A stretch of DNA of 64,000 nucleotides from Eledone cirrhosa (lineage: Eukaryota): the NCBI GenBank assembly GCA_964016885.1, contig OZ024742.1, positions 296,484,001-296,548,000 on the forward strand. The letters are read 5' to 3'. Under the pieces are notes generated by a model, which was given only the letters and a program-made list of their open reading frames with translations, did no database searches and was not told the DNA's origin. Below, piece by piece: positions 1-13,874 of this stretch. Every line of letters starts with the position of its first letter. Position 1 is the stretch's first letter. The position numbers and the translations under genes were made by a program.

Positions 1-857
1 TTTATATTATGTTTACATGCTGGGAAATAAATTCCGGCTTATAAATCAAAGAATAGATGGTTTAGTTGATCACTATACTCTTCCTCCTCAACATCATCAT
101 CCTCATCATCATCGTTCCCATTATTATTTGCTTCCATCTCTTTTCTCTTCCTCAACTTCCACCACCACCTCCTCCTCTGCTTTCTCCACTGCCACCACTA
201 TCACTATCATCATCTTCATCACCACCACTTTGGTGTATTGACAAATAGAGCCTCAAAAGTGATGCCTTGTGAATCCCAGCTTTTTGTATTGTGTTCACCT
301 ACAGCAATGCATGAGTGACAGTTGGTCTTCCACAAAACATTTTGTCCAAGCTTTTCTGGTGCAAATCCATGATCAGCTAGAATTGATGGGTGTCATGGAG
401 AGAAGGTTTATGAAGGAGTTTGTATTTTAGATCACACACATATTCTGTAGAATTTGGTAAACGTTATCAGTGTAAGAAAAACTAGATAAGGTCTTATTGA
501 TGGTGACAATTCTTTAGAGAAGAGAAAACTTTAATATCTGTGGTGAAACTATAAAAATAATAAAAGTTGGTATTGAATATATATAATACAAAATAACTTG
601 TGTGCTTCTTATTTGAGTGTGAAGATTTCAGTTGTACAAGATAGTAAATGTCTTAAGAAAATCACATTTCCAGTTGATATAGAATAGATTTTACTGTTGT
701 TTTCCAAGTTTCTGATAACTTGGATATTTTCTCACACCTAATAACGTTTTCATGCTTGTTTTAAATGAATCTTTCTAACTGAAATTGTTCAAATATTTAA
801 GTAAGGAATCAAAAACTTTGTTTTGAAGTAAATGCACCCTTTTTATTAGATGCCTTT

Positions 858-1085
858 ATTAGCTTTCTGTTACCATATTTCTCATAAAAGACACTGTCAA
901 TGGTTTTGAAATAATTTTGAAAATAATCAAGAATTTGGAAGAATGTAGATATATAACTAAGTTGCTCATTATGAAGTTGGTGTTAGAAACATAATAAAGG
1001 ATTGTATATAAAGTTATGTTGAAAGGTTTTTAGTTAAATATAAATAATTTTAAGATCAACATGTGGGTTGGTATCAAAGGTTTAA
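858..1085. mobile_element. TTAA-ended piggyBac-like MITE family (other pieces ~12500-12585, ~13440-13500, ~27869-28287, ~30498-30700, ~49140-49340, ~49465-49590)
   Basis: Shared body (TTACCATATTTCT...ATAATTTTGAAAATAATCAAGAATTTGGA...). Ends resemble TTAACCTTTT / ATCAAAAGG-TTAA. Confidence 0.6.
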
Positions 1086-1651
1086 GGCATTCATTGTTAG
1101 ATCAAACAGTTAAGGATTGGCAGATCTATTAAAGAATCAAACAAAATGCTCTACTGTATTTCTTCTTGCTCTTTATGCTTTGAGTTAAAATCCTGCTGAA
1201 GCCAACTTTCCAGGGTTGACAAAATAAAAGTACCAGTCAAATACTGGAGTTCATATAATTGATTGTCTTATCCCTCTAAATTGCTGATCTCATACCTAAA
1301 CCAGAGGTATTGCTTTTTCTCATAAAAAGGAAGTAATCAACAACATACATCTATGTTTTGTGTTATTTACTATTTTATATTTTTACTGGTTTCAGCCATT
1401 AAACTATGACCACGCTGGAGCATTGCTTCGAATGTTTTAGTCCATAGTATCTACCCCAATACTAAATTAGATCTGGTGCTTATTTAATTAATCTCTGTTT
1501 ATTGGAATGTTTAGTTAGGAACAAAAAGGGACAGCTCATAAGCACAGACATGCAGGCATACACACATGCTCCACCACACAACAATACCACAAACACCATA
1601 AAACATTACAAAGAGATGCAAAAACAACTCAATATATTATGCAGAGTATAT

Positions 1652-1920
1652 ATCATCCTCATCATTTTACATCTGCTTTTCCTTGCTTGCAAGGGTGGGA
1701 TGGGTCCTCTTCAGTACAACAGCTCTACATTCGTCATAGTTCTTTGTCATCTCCTCTGTGAGCTTCAGCGATCTGAGGCAGCTCTCACCACCTCCACCCA
1801 TGTTTTTTGTGGTCTTCTACTGCGTCTTCCTTCCACCAGGATTTCTTGGCACTTCTGCACCCTGTGGTCATCTTCCATGTGCATCACATGGCCATACCAA
1901 TGCAGTCTTCTCTCCTGCAT
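1652..1920 (-). mobile_element. RTE LINE 3'-end fragment (others at ~14935-15135 +, ~29060-29490 +, ~40260-40400 +, ~52730-53110 +)
   Basis: Direct similarity to 38721-39003. Confidence 0.8.
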
Positions 1921-4569
1921 ACTTTATATATTTATATATTTATAATTTTGAAATCACAAATGGGTCTTGTATTACTCAGAGACTAAGAGTTTCCTGTGAA
2001 AACTCTAGATCTAAGAGAAATTCTTGGAGTATTTCCTATAAATATTACTAGTACTTTTGTGAATATTATATATGTGGCATACTTCAGTAAGGATGTTGCT
2101 CTGTAAAATTTATGATCAACTCTTATTTATCTAAATTATAGTATTTTGTTTCAGAGTTTTACTCGATCTGGGACTATGTTGAAACTAAAGTAATTACATT
2201 AGAGAAGAGTCGTTTCAACTATTCAATGAAATAAACACACACGTGCACGTGCACACACAAACACAAACACAGACACGCAGACACATACACACACATGAAC
2301 ACGCACGCACACACACACATACATACACACTATTAAATTCACTTTACCTTAATTATTTATTACTTGGTGTCAAATTTTCATTATACTTTTTGTGATCTGA
2401 TCACTGACAGTACCACTGAAAGAAAGAAATGATAAATCTATAGTGAATATAATCTTTTGTGTATTCTTTTAAATAGTTAAAATTAATCTTCCACAATATA
2501 ATTGTAGTATATATTTTTAAACTTTGTCTCAAGCCTAGAAGATCATGGGCTAAGTGGACTTTCTCAAGATAATCTCCTGCTCAAGAAAACAGCCTGCAAC
2601 CTGGTCAAGGTATCAAACCTGTAAACTATTGATAATGAGCTAAGCATCTTCATCACTAAGACACATACACACATACATTCACAAATTAAAAACCATGCTG
2701 ACAAAGGGCAAGAGGAGTCTTCAGTTGTGTCAGAAGTATGACTACCTCTCTAGTGTTGGTGACACAATAAAACACACCCAGTACACCATGTAAGATGGTT
2801 AATGGCAGAGGTATAAAACATGCCAAACAAAAGGTAGAGAGGATTCTTCAGTTGTGTTAAATATGTAACAACCTCCTCTTTGCTCATGCCATGACAAAAT
2901 GCACCAAGTGCATTCTGTAGAGTGCTGGAATGTATGTAAACAATGTGGGCATTAACTAATGACTATGAAATTGCTAATAAAACAAAGCCCTGCAGCAAAA
3001 GCTCTTAGCTTGTGAGATGAAATGCTTCTAGTAAACAGCTGGCAACACCAGAGGAGAACAGTTTAGAATTGGAGACATTAAGCAGATGGTTGGTGCTATA
3101 ATATACTATAGTATAAAATGTTTTGGTCACTTGATAACAATGTCAATTGGCCAGCTATCCCTGTGGGACTATAACACCAAGTACTCTCATGTTTCAAAGC
3201 TTGAGGAAGTCGATGTTATTCGTGGATAAATGGAGTCATAAATATATTCTGCATTCACTAAATAGCAATACAACAGGGTTCGTGTCTAACTGCAGATTGC
3301 TAACTTCAGACTCTTAAGTTATGTCAAAGACATGAAAACCTCCTAGTATTGGTACCATGATAAACTAAACACAGTACACTCTGTAAAGTATGGAAATGTA
3401 TGTGAGATGCAGCCTCTGACCACACACAGAGAATTATAGCATCGATTAGGTCTGTGACGACCCATTCAATATTTACTAGCAGGAAAATGGATGTTAATGG
3501 TGATGATGAGGATGATGATGATCTTCCTATATCATCTTCCCAAGAAACTTAGGTATATTACTAAATCTTTCCAAATTCGTGATTTTCAAAATGATTTGAA
3601 AATTATAGGAATTTCATTAGAAATGTGATAATGAATGGGTTTAGGTTGATTTGGTTGCTGCATTAAATAGGTCATATCAGAATTTAGAATTTTGTACATT
3701 CTTTTATCATTTTTGTTATTTCATACAGCAGTGTATGAATGACTGATCAACTGATTGATATGTTGGTGGAAACTGTTTGATATATTGATTACTATGGTGG
3801 TTAATATATCAATTGGAAATTTTACCAAATGGAAACATTTTATTTAATTAGAAGGCAGAGTACATGGACATAGACAAAAGAAAAGAAACAAACAAACAAA
3901 AGAAAACAGAGAGAATATATTTTCATATTTTGTGTTGTAAATATCAGTGGGTTACAGTAAACATAGACAAACATTGAAGAGATATAAATGGAATGAAATG
4001 GACCTCCATTGGCTATGATGATGAGTGTTCCAGTAGTTCGATCAATAACATGGCGTGCTCATGAAATTTATATGTAAGTAGCTGAGAAAAACCTCGACAC
4101 ATGTACCCTTAACGTAATTCTCAGGGAGATTCAGTCTCGCACAGTGTGACAAAGCTGTCCATCCAATAGGCTTCCAAACTTTTCTTATCTACCAAATTAC
4201 ACTCACAGGATATAGGTCAACCCAAATGTTTGGTAAATGACACTTTTCCAAGATGCCATACTGCATCACAAGAAGATATATAAATATCTAACTGCCTTGT
4301 GAAATATAGAAAGGCAGTTTTATAACTAATATACTGTATATACTTGAGTATAGTATGACAGTGATTATTTTAATATGAAGTTGATCCCTGCTTCTGTAGT
4401 TCTAAATCTAATTTTGTGCAACAAGTTTATATTTTGTGTCAAATACTACATGCCCTTACAAGGTAAATGAAGGTTAAAAGACTAAACACTCATAAAATAA
4501 GAGGGTATTGTAATTTGCTTTAAACATAGTGGAAAGTGTATAAAATAGTATATCTTATTAGAAGGCTAC

Positions 4570-4944
4570 AGCAAGGCAAATGGGAGATTAAACGTTAAAA
4601 ATAATAATAAAGATATTTGAATGTTACATTGGTGTTGTTTAATAGTCCTTAATATGTTGGGGATAAAATCCCTTCATCAAAAGAAGAAATAAATTGAAGA
4701 AACTAATTTGGAACAGAACATTTTCTATCAATCAGGCTGCCATTTCTTAATTGATTAAAAAATGTCAGCATAAGAACAACACAAAATGCCCTTCTCCAAA
4801 TTAACCCCCTCAATACCATTTTTTAATGAAGGGATTTTAACCCCAAATACAAAAAAAATTAAGAACTATTAAACAGCTACAGGGTAATATTCCTACATAT
4901 TTGTTATCATTATTTTCAACATCAAATATCCTATTTGCATCGCT
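4570..4944. mobile_element. Old MITE-like element with ~110-bp imperfect inverted arms
   Basis: 4570-4682 pairs with 4820-4944 (for example GGGGATAAAATCCCTTCAT / ATGAAGGGATTTTAACCCC). Confidence 0.7.
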
Positions 4945-7264
4945 AAAAAAACACATTTTATATGCATAAAATGTTTAAAATAGACATGACAAATGCTTTT
5001 CAAATTCAGAGAATATCAAACACTGGGTCATGGCAGCTGCCTCAAAGATTTGTGCAGTTGTAAAGCTTCCTTGAAATAAACCCTGATAAAAAACAGTTTC
5101 ATTACTAGTATACCATATATACGCAAATTTAGTGCAAGTTTTTTATGAATAAGTTTTTATTCAAAACAATCGAGGGTCTCACTAGACATAGGTATTTGTT
5201 TGATGGGGTTGGTATTCATGCATTTCAGTAGCCATATCCTGTTTGGTAAGCTGGTCGAACATTCTCATGGTATTGTTAACTTGCCTTAATTATACAGGTA
5301 CGATCCTTTAACCTGCCTCCTCTAGTGTAGATTCTTTCTTTCTGTTGCTACACAAAGATTCTTTCTGTTGCTACACAAAGAGCCAAATATAATTCACTAT
5401 GCATGCTGATTAAAATATATAATAGTTTTGTAGATTAAAATAAACAATAGTTTTGTTTTTATTTTTCAAATTTCTACAATCATCATCCTCATCATCAAAA
5501 CAAGTTCATTTTCCATGCCAGCATTTGTTGAAAGGGTTATTACAGACATGTTTGGCATTTAAGTGTGACTACTCTTCTTGTAGACAGGGTGGGTAACCAG
5601 GACTCACTCAGTAGGTTCCATATTTGGCATGGTTTCAATGGCTGGATACTCATCCTAATGCCACCACTTTTGCAGAGTATACTAGCAAAATGTTATTGTA
5701 GCACCAACACTGGAGGGATTTTCATCTCCTTGATGTGACTTTAGAGCTTTGTTTAATCTTTGAATTTGTTTTTATAGCTGCATGGCCTTCCTAAATGGCA
5801 AACAGTGTATACTGGGAATATTTTATTGTGGCTCCAGTCTAGAGAGATTGTCATATCCTTGATGTGGTTGAAGAGCCCTATTGATTGTTTTGTCATGGTT
5901 TCTACTGCTGAATGCCCTTCCTAAATTCCCCCCACACAGTGTACCAATACCTTTTACTGTGGAACTAGTATTAGAGAAATTCTCATGTTCTGAACATGAT
6001 TGGAGAGTTTTCTCTACATAGTTTACCATCAAATTGCCAGTCTCTTTATGCAGTGTACTTAGAGCTTTTTATCGAAACACCTAACCTTGGAAGTAATGCT
6101 TAAAGGGAACATATATGTAAGATATTGATGCAAAACATCTACTAGTTTGCTTCTCTGCAAGTCAATATTTAAAAAAACTCAATTTGATAAACCACAAAGA
6201 ACAATTTATATAAACCTTTCTAGGTAATCTGTCACATTAATTACATTCTTGGCACTTTGTGAAATTTATTCATTTCTATTGTGTAGCCATAGCGACTTTC
6301 AGAAAAATGCTTTAGGGCAGTAAATGATAGAAATTCGCAAAGCACTGGAGTGAAAAATATTATACTGAAAAACTCAACATAAATTAAAAAAATAAAGGCA
6401 AAAAAAAACATAATAAAAAAAAATCAACAAAAACTTATATGCTTTCGAAACATTGATATAAGAATAAACTAGAATTTTGGAAGAAACTGAAAATTGACTT
6501 TTTCACCAAAGGATATTTTTATTCTTCAGTTGCAACGCTATTAATAAAAAATATTGTAAATGGTTATTTTATTGCCCCAGAGCAGAATATTCTATATGAT
6601 TGGACAATTGTCGCAGTAACATTCTGTAAAATATTTTGATATGCATAAAGAATTTCCTTAGAAATCATGACTTAAAAGTCTATTTATTTTTATCTTCCAT
6701 CCACTTCAGCCATTATGATGGGAGTATAGATAGAAAAAATTTACAAAGTTATATACCTATGTATAAGTCATGGCCAAAAGCTTTGGCACTAAGAAGGGCA
6801 TCTGGCTGTAAAACATTGTCTCAAAAAGGATCCCAAGAAGTGAAAATAGCTTTAAACACTGTTGGATATACTCATAATTTGCACCATTTTCCCATAAAAA
6901 TACAAAATGGAAAACCAGCATATGACTTATGTACAGAACTTACAAATACTCACTTCCAGATATATGACATATTGTAAATGTTGTATGTAAAATGAAAATA
7001 TGACTTATCTACTTGTGTGGCTTATCTACCAATGAGACTTAAAATAGAGGTATGACTTATTTATCAGTGCAATGATTATTTTAAATTGCAATTTACCTCT
7101 GCTTGTATAGTTCTAAATCTAATTTTGTGCAGTATGTTTATATTTTATCTCAAATACTACATGCATTTACATGGTAAATGATGGTTAGAAAAATCAAATT
7201 AGTCATAAAATCTATAAAATAGCCTTTACAACTGCTTCTCAGATCCATTATAATAAGAGTTATA

Positions 7265-7450
7265 TCAGGATTGGCAGTATCGGTAGAGGGTCGGACACCA
7301 TGCTTTCCAGCATAGTTACATCCCTTTATGGTCTGAGTTCAAATCCCGCCGAGGTTAACTTTACCTTTCATCCTTACGGGGTCGATAAAATAAAGTACCA
7401 GTAATGCACTGGTTAATTGCTGGCTTTGTGCCAAAATAGAAACAATTATA
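7265..7450 (+). mobile_element. Meta-domain-type tRNA SINE
   Basis: GAGTTCAAATCC B box plus GAGGTTAACTTT.CCTTTCATCCTTACGGGGTCGATAAAATAAAGTACC. TSD ATTATAATAAGAGTTATA at 7247-7264 and 7445-7462. Confidence 0.85.
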
Positions 7451-8421
7451 ATAAGAGTTATAAGATTAAGTAATGTTTTAAAACAAAGTTTACTAGAACT
7501 TACAAACGCTATGTGCTAAATTTATGTTATACGAAGGCAGTTATTTTTTAAAATTTGTAATAGCCAGGATTTACGAAAGTACTTTAATGGAAGAATAAGG
7601 GGTCGTTAAGCTATTTGATCCATATATATGTGCACTTGTGCTGAGGGCTAAAATTGGTGTGGTTTATTTTTGACTGATCCAGCAGTCCCATATATCATTG
7701 CAAAGTCCAAAATAAATAGGTTACTAGTGACCGAGTATATTCAAAAACTGAAGGAAGGGGAAAATTGATTAATTAATTAGTAATTCCAAGCACTCTAGGT
7801 CAGAGACAAAGTTAGTTTGAACAACGCATTGCTCAATGGACCACATGTTGCCAGTCGATAGACTAATACACCTCCCTAATGCTCACATATCAACGAAAAT
7901 AGTATGAAAATAAATATATAGGCAGCATATTACATATTCTAGGTTGCATCTATGGAGCTTTAAATTATGAGAGAGAGGTTACACATAGTCATACTTAGGT
8001 TGAAAAAAAATCATCCATCGTCGTTGTTATTGTTCTTGTTGCTATTTTAGTTGTTGACAGTCATCACTAGGTCTTATTTTGTTTATTTATTCTCTACTTT
8101 GCCATTCTGACCTTTTTATTTAAAATTTTTTATATTTTTTATTGTATTTATATATTTGCATTTTATTCCTTATAGGTTTGTGTATCCATTTATTTATTCA
8201 CCTCCCCCACCCCAAAATAAGTGTACATAAAGGGATCACCACAATGCTTTCACCTGTTAGAATGTGTTCTGTGCCTACAAATGCATACCTGATGGGATGT
8301 TGGTATAGAATTAGGCTTCAAATATTATGATCAAACCTTGAGTTGATCACCATCAAAATAATTGTCACATGCAATAAAGTTCATTTATTATGAAACTTTG
8401 ATTTCATTCCAGCTTACTTGT

Positions 8422-8452
<31 letters not shown>

Positions 8453-8453
8453 A

Positions 8454-8937
8454 GAAATAAGATTTTGCTTCAAGCATAGCATTATGCAAATATGTATAGA
8501 AATTTCGTATTTCTAAAGAAACACGGTTTTAGGAAGCTGTAGCTATGCAAACACCAGGGCTAACGCCCTCTGGTGGTGTCCAGCAGAAGCAAGGGGGACA
8601 ACCGTCTATGCATTTCAGGCTTGACTGGCCTTCTTCAGGATGGTCCCTCCCACTGCTTGTGAATGCTGGACTTGAAAACAGTCAAGAATATATAGTTTTC
8701 TCGTCTGTGTAAATGAGGTGATTAATCTCATTTGCATATGAAGCTGCATAAGTTGGCTCAACTTATAATAGAAATGAAATAAGATTTCACTTCAAGCATA
8801 GCTTAATACAAATATGTATAGAAATTTCGGATTTCTAAAGAAACACGGTTCTAGGAAGCCGTAACTATGCAAAACCGGGGCTAATGCCCTTGGTGGTGTC
8901 CAGCAGAAGCAAGGGGGATAACCGTCTATGCGTTTCA
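8454..8937 (-). mobile_element. Retrozyme-like / pLTR tandem repeat, ~320-bp monomer, ~1.5 copies
   Basis: 8454-8617 is repeated at 8776-8937. It contains a hammerhead, has no ORF, and is flanked on both sides by (CA)/(TA)n. Confidence 0.78.
8601..8644 (-). ncRNA. Minimal type I hammerhead ribozyme
   Basis: Reverse complement ACCATC-CTGAAGA-AGGC-cagtcaa-GCCT-GAAA-TGCA-TA-GACGGT. Intact core, palindromic stem III ATGCAT, AUA cleavage site. The second copy (8921-8937) keeps only GAAA, stem III and the 3' strand of stem I. Confidence 0.85.
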
Positions 8938-9399
8938 TATATATATATAAACGGCCATTATGATAATGATGATGATGATGATCATCATCATCATCGTTTA
9001 ATGTCTATCTTCCATGCTAGCATAAGTTTAGACGGGAGTTGTCCCACTTGAGGCAAGATTGGTTGTCTCGCTCGTATCGGACTGTCTGACAGGTTTTCTA
9101 TGGCTGGATGCCCTTCCTAACACCAACCACGTTTACATATATATATGTATATATATATATATGTATATATGTAAGAAAGAATTTTAATTTGTTTGGGATG
9201 GTTGATTATCTCTGGTTTCTCATCCTTCAAATATGTCATTGTATTGCTATTTCTGTATCCTTTGACATTTTCCGTTACACTCTTTTATAATGATTTGGTG
9301 TATTCTAAGATCTGGGTTGTGACTGTTTCTATCTGTAATTGCTTTTGAAGTTGTTATTTATGATTCTTCGAATATGTTGCAATCATCAGTTTTGATGAT

Positions 9400-10375
9400 T
9401 GCAATTTATGAGAGAATACAGAAAATGCCATAGATTATATCATAAAAACAATTTTGCCTTACAAATCAACTACGTACCATACAGAAATCCCAGTCTACAT
9501 GGGTCCAAAAAACAAACTCCATACAAAACTAGAAAACAATACCTTTACCAGCACAGTAAACAAAATAATAAAAAAATGTAAATGCCACTTAGAAATCAGA
9601 ATATGATTCAGACCTAGATGAAGACTTGTGTCTATACACTATAGAAAACAAAGAAGCAAAACTCTCAACAATAAGGAAATATTTGCTTAACATAGATTGT
9701 AAAGACTCCTATGAAAATTGTCACCTGGAGCCAGACACCCAGACTTATAAACAGATGTTCTTTAAAATATTGATAAAAATACTGGCAATCTAATAAGTCT
9801 AATAAGAGAACAAATTACCCTATGGGCAGTGAATAGCACCAAGACACCACATAATAATTCAGTAGTCCTCAGTATCAGACACAAAATTCTGACACCTTAC
9901 AAGCCAAATGTCTTATGTGTGACAATGATATGAAAATATTAGGTCTAAGACCTTGTATAAAGTTGGTCTTGATGCAAATCAACTGTCATATTACATCATC
10001 AGATACAAAAAAAGCAACAACTACAAAGCATAGAAGCTTTGAAATGTGAATTTCTTGACATATTCTAGGGTAGCAGATATTTTCCAGGAAAACAAATAAT
10101 ACACATTATTGAAAATGCAGTGGTCCACCAACACCAGTAGTCCAACCTCCAAGAAAATATCCAGTTCAGGTGAAAGGTGGAATGAAGAAATAATTAGATA
10201 AAATGGAAGATATTGGTGTGATCGCAAAAGTAAATCAACAGACTGGATGAATACATTTACATGTAACAGAAGGCAAACAATGAATTATGCATATACAAAA
10301 CCACTGTATAAATGCATTAAATGAACTTACCACAAAACTCCAACTTTTAAGGAAAATTCCCGCAAACTACCACTC
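9400..10375 (+). pseudogene. Highly decayed Ty3/gypsy pol relic (protease-RT junction)
   Basis: Broken frames near 10130-10370 give PVVQPPRKYPVQVK, LDKMEDIGVIAKV, TDWMN and YHKTPT, typical of the gypsy RT N-terminus. The left boundary is approximate. Confidence 0.6.
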
Positions 10376-13127
10376 GACATATTAATATACAAAACCTTGA
10401 TATTTTTAAATGTACAGATGTAACAGAGAACTAACAAAGTTCTATGCCTAATCACATGATCATCCTCAAGGAATCAAATTGTATCTTAAACAGATCGCAA
10501 TTAAGCCATGTTCTCTCCATAAAATAAGAGAATTTTCAAAATCCCCTCAGACAGTTTTTCTGTACCACATTTCACTCACAAAATATTAGCCAAACAAATA
10601 CTATGGTAAAAGACATTTGTCCAAACCGTCATACTATGAAATTGAACCAAAAACCATGTGGTTGTAAAATGAACTCCTTCACCACATAGCAATGCCTGTA
10701 CCTATATTTCTAAAAATGATTTGAATAGCTAATGATATGAGACAAAATTCCATTTACTTATATTCTCACCTGCTGTAGATATTGTGTATTGATTTATCAT
10801 ACATTGATAATGCATACACATTCCTATCTAAAACAGTCCCATCCAGCAAATATTAAATGAAAAAATATTATTTATTATTTTTACAGATAACCTTCACGTT
10901 TATCTGGCAGATGTCACCACATCCAGGAATTTGATAACATTATCAAACATGTCATTTTTACCTTGCAAGCACCAGCAGATAAATTTTTCTTGCAAATTGG
11001 TTAGCATTGTGATTTTACATTATTTTAATAATGGATATATCTCACAACTCCAAGTGAGGCCAACCTCCAGGCATTGTTCTGACTCCAATATTATCTCAAC
11101 GTTATATTAGTTGCTTTTTTTTTCTACCTCTCTCCCCCTTTTCCAAAAGTGAATTGTTGCATTCCTCTATTGAAAACGAAACTACTACAATTGTTGCAGT
11201 CTTATGTAAATGGTAAAACTACTACTTCATAGGGAGACACTTTGCCTTATTACATATGAATTAAACATTCAATTTATGTTTGGTAAATATTATCAATGCA
11301 AAATATAGAATGGCAAAATATTATATTGGTTGATAGGACTTTCTTCATATAGTTTTTATATTTTCTACCAGCAACTGCCTGTGACAGAACCATAGAAAAT
11401 GCAACCAGTACACTCTATAAGGTAGTTGGTGAGTAGAAGGCTGTCTGTATTCAACCATGAAAATCTTGCCAAACAAAGGTTTCAAAGGGCTCTTCAGTTG
11501 TGTCAAGTATATGCCAGCCTCCCTAGTGTTGGTGATAGAAAAACGAACATGTCCAGTTCCCTCTGTAATATGGTTGGTGAAATGAGGGGCATCCAACCTT
11601 AGAAAATCTACCAAACAATAGATGAAAAAACTCTTCAATTGTGTCAAAAATATGACAACCTATCTAGTGCTGGTGCCCTGATGAAATGCAACCAGTGCAC
11701 TGTAGTGTGCAGGAATATACGTAATTAAAATGCAATTCCCAGCCCCTCTGAGAGGACAGTGTGCTCCAATTAAGCACTGACTTGGTCTATGATGACCCAT
11801 CCAACCATTGCAAGGAGAATGGATATTAAGTGATGGTGCTGATCTTGTTTCAAATGTATTCTTTCTTCTCAACCAAATTGCAGATTTCTTCTATGTATTC
11901 ATGATATCATGTAATACCAATGCATGAGAAGATTGCTGTAATATGTAAAGGAAAAAAATCTTCCCTTTTCTTTAAGAATGCTCATAAAGTTGATTTGACT
12001 ATCATTATCATCATCATCATCAATCCTGCCGGGGTTAACTTTGCCTTTCATCATTACGAGGTTGATAAAACAAAGCACCAGTAATGCACTGGGATAATTG
12101 CTTGCCTTGTGCCCAAAGTAGAAACAATTATCATCATCATCATTTTATATCCACTTTCCTTGCTGGCATGAGTTAGATGACAACAAACAGGTTGGAGCAA
12201 ACTCATATTGCTCATTTCTTCCATATTTGGCATGGTCTTTACTGATGTATGCCCTTTCTAACACCAATATGTCTGAATTAAAACTAAAGCTTTTAATCCC
12301 TATGGATAAACACCTTGTAAAAGCTTCTTGGGCTATGACGTATATCTCATGGGTGTTGTGGGTCCTAACAATTGGTATCTCAAAACAAATATCCTTAATG
12401 ACTATTTGATGAATATTCACTCACATTAATTGTTTTCCTTGTGCCTATGATTTTCAAACCGAAGTATTAGATTTGAAATAAATGCCCCCACCCTTTTGTT
12501 ACTATATTTAAAATGAAAGGCACTACCTAAGATTTTCAAATAATTTTGAAAATCATCAAGAATTAGGAGGGATTTAGTAATATAACGATGAAAGGCAAGG
12601 TTAACCTCGGTGGGATTTGAACTCAGAACGTAAAGGGACGTAACTCTGTGCGGCAAAGCATATTGTCCAACACTCTACCAATAATGCCAATCCACCGCCC
12701 TAATGATAATCTTAACTATAATAAAGAAAGGAGTGCGGGACTGCATCCAGAAAATATTTTTTTACCCCGTTTGTAAAATAAGTTGGATTACTTTGAATAC
12801 ATAATGAATGAATATTACATAATTTATGTGCTTAATTTCGTGGCTGTTGATTAAATATATTTTATAGCTTATTTAAAGATTCACTTCTTTAAAATGTTCA
12901 AATGTCAACACTTCCGGTTAACGGCCGTTACATTATAGCACTTATAAAAATATCGCGTATATTTCCGTCGTTAATTTTCTCTGATTACAGAAGATTGTGT
13001 AACATAGACTTCGTTCAATTTCTGTGTATATTGTCAATTACAATTTTATTTGATGTATATATGTACATGCATATATACTTGCGTATAATATCAATATACA
13101 CATGCTAGCAGAAAACCATGATGATAA

Positions 13128-13320
13128 TAATTGTTTCTACTTTTGGCACAAGGCCAGCAATTATCCCAGTGTATTACTGGTGCTTTATTTTATCGACCCC
13201 ATAAGGATGAAAGGCAAAGTTAACCTCGGAGGGATTTGAACTCAGACAATAAAGGGATGGAACTCTTTGCTGCAAAGCATGGCATCAGACCCTCTACCAA
13301 TACTGCCAATCCACCGCCAT
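13128..13320 (-). mobile_element. Meta-type SINE (further partial copies at ~12020-12130 +, ~12590-12705 -, ~13338-13410 -)
   Basis: Reverse-complement match to the same family. Confidence 0.8.
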
Positions 13321-13837
13321 TGATGATAATAATAATAATGGTTTCTGATTTAGGCACAAGGCCAACAATTTTGAGGAAGAGGAAAGTTAATTAAATCAAC
13401 CCCTGTGCATTAATAATGATGATGATTATTATGATAAACAAACAGTTTTGTATCTTAGAACTTAGGGTGGTTTTAGGCAGCTTGATATCAAAAGGATTAA
13501 TAAATGATTGTGAGGTCTATAACCAGCTGCAAAGATCACACATTCTTGGAAATAAGCAATAAATTGTCTATAACTTTTCCAAAATGTCACCATTTATAGT
13601 TTTCTTCTAATATTATTACATAATATCTTGATTGTAGTTTCAGCTAGAGCTAAAATATTACCCTGTGGACTGTCAAACTCAACTAATTAAAGCGTCTATT
13701 TGTGTCAATAATATTTATCATTCATATAAAGAGTCATACATGAGCAGTATTGTAAACTTATGAATTATTTAGATTATTCCTGAGTTTGACTTTGATTTGT
13801 GCTTTGAAAAAGGAATTAAATACAACTGCTTCATTAG

Positions 13838-13874
<37 letters not shown>

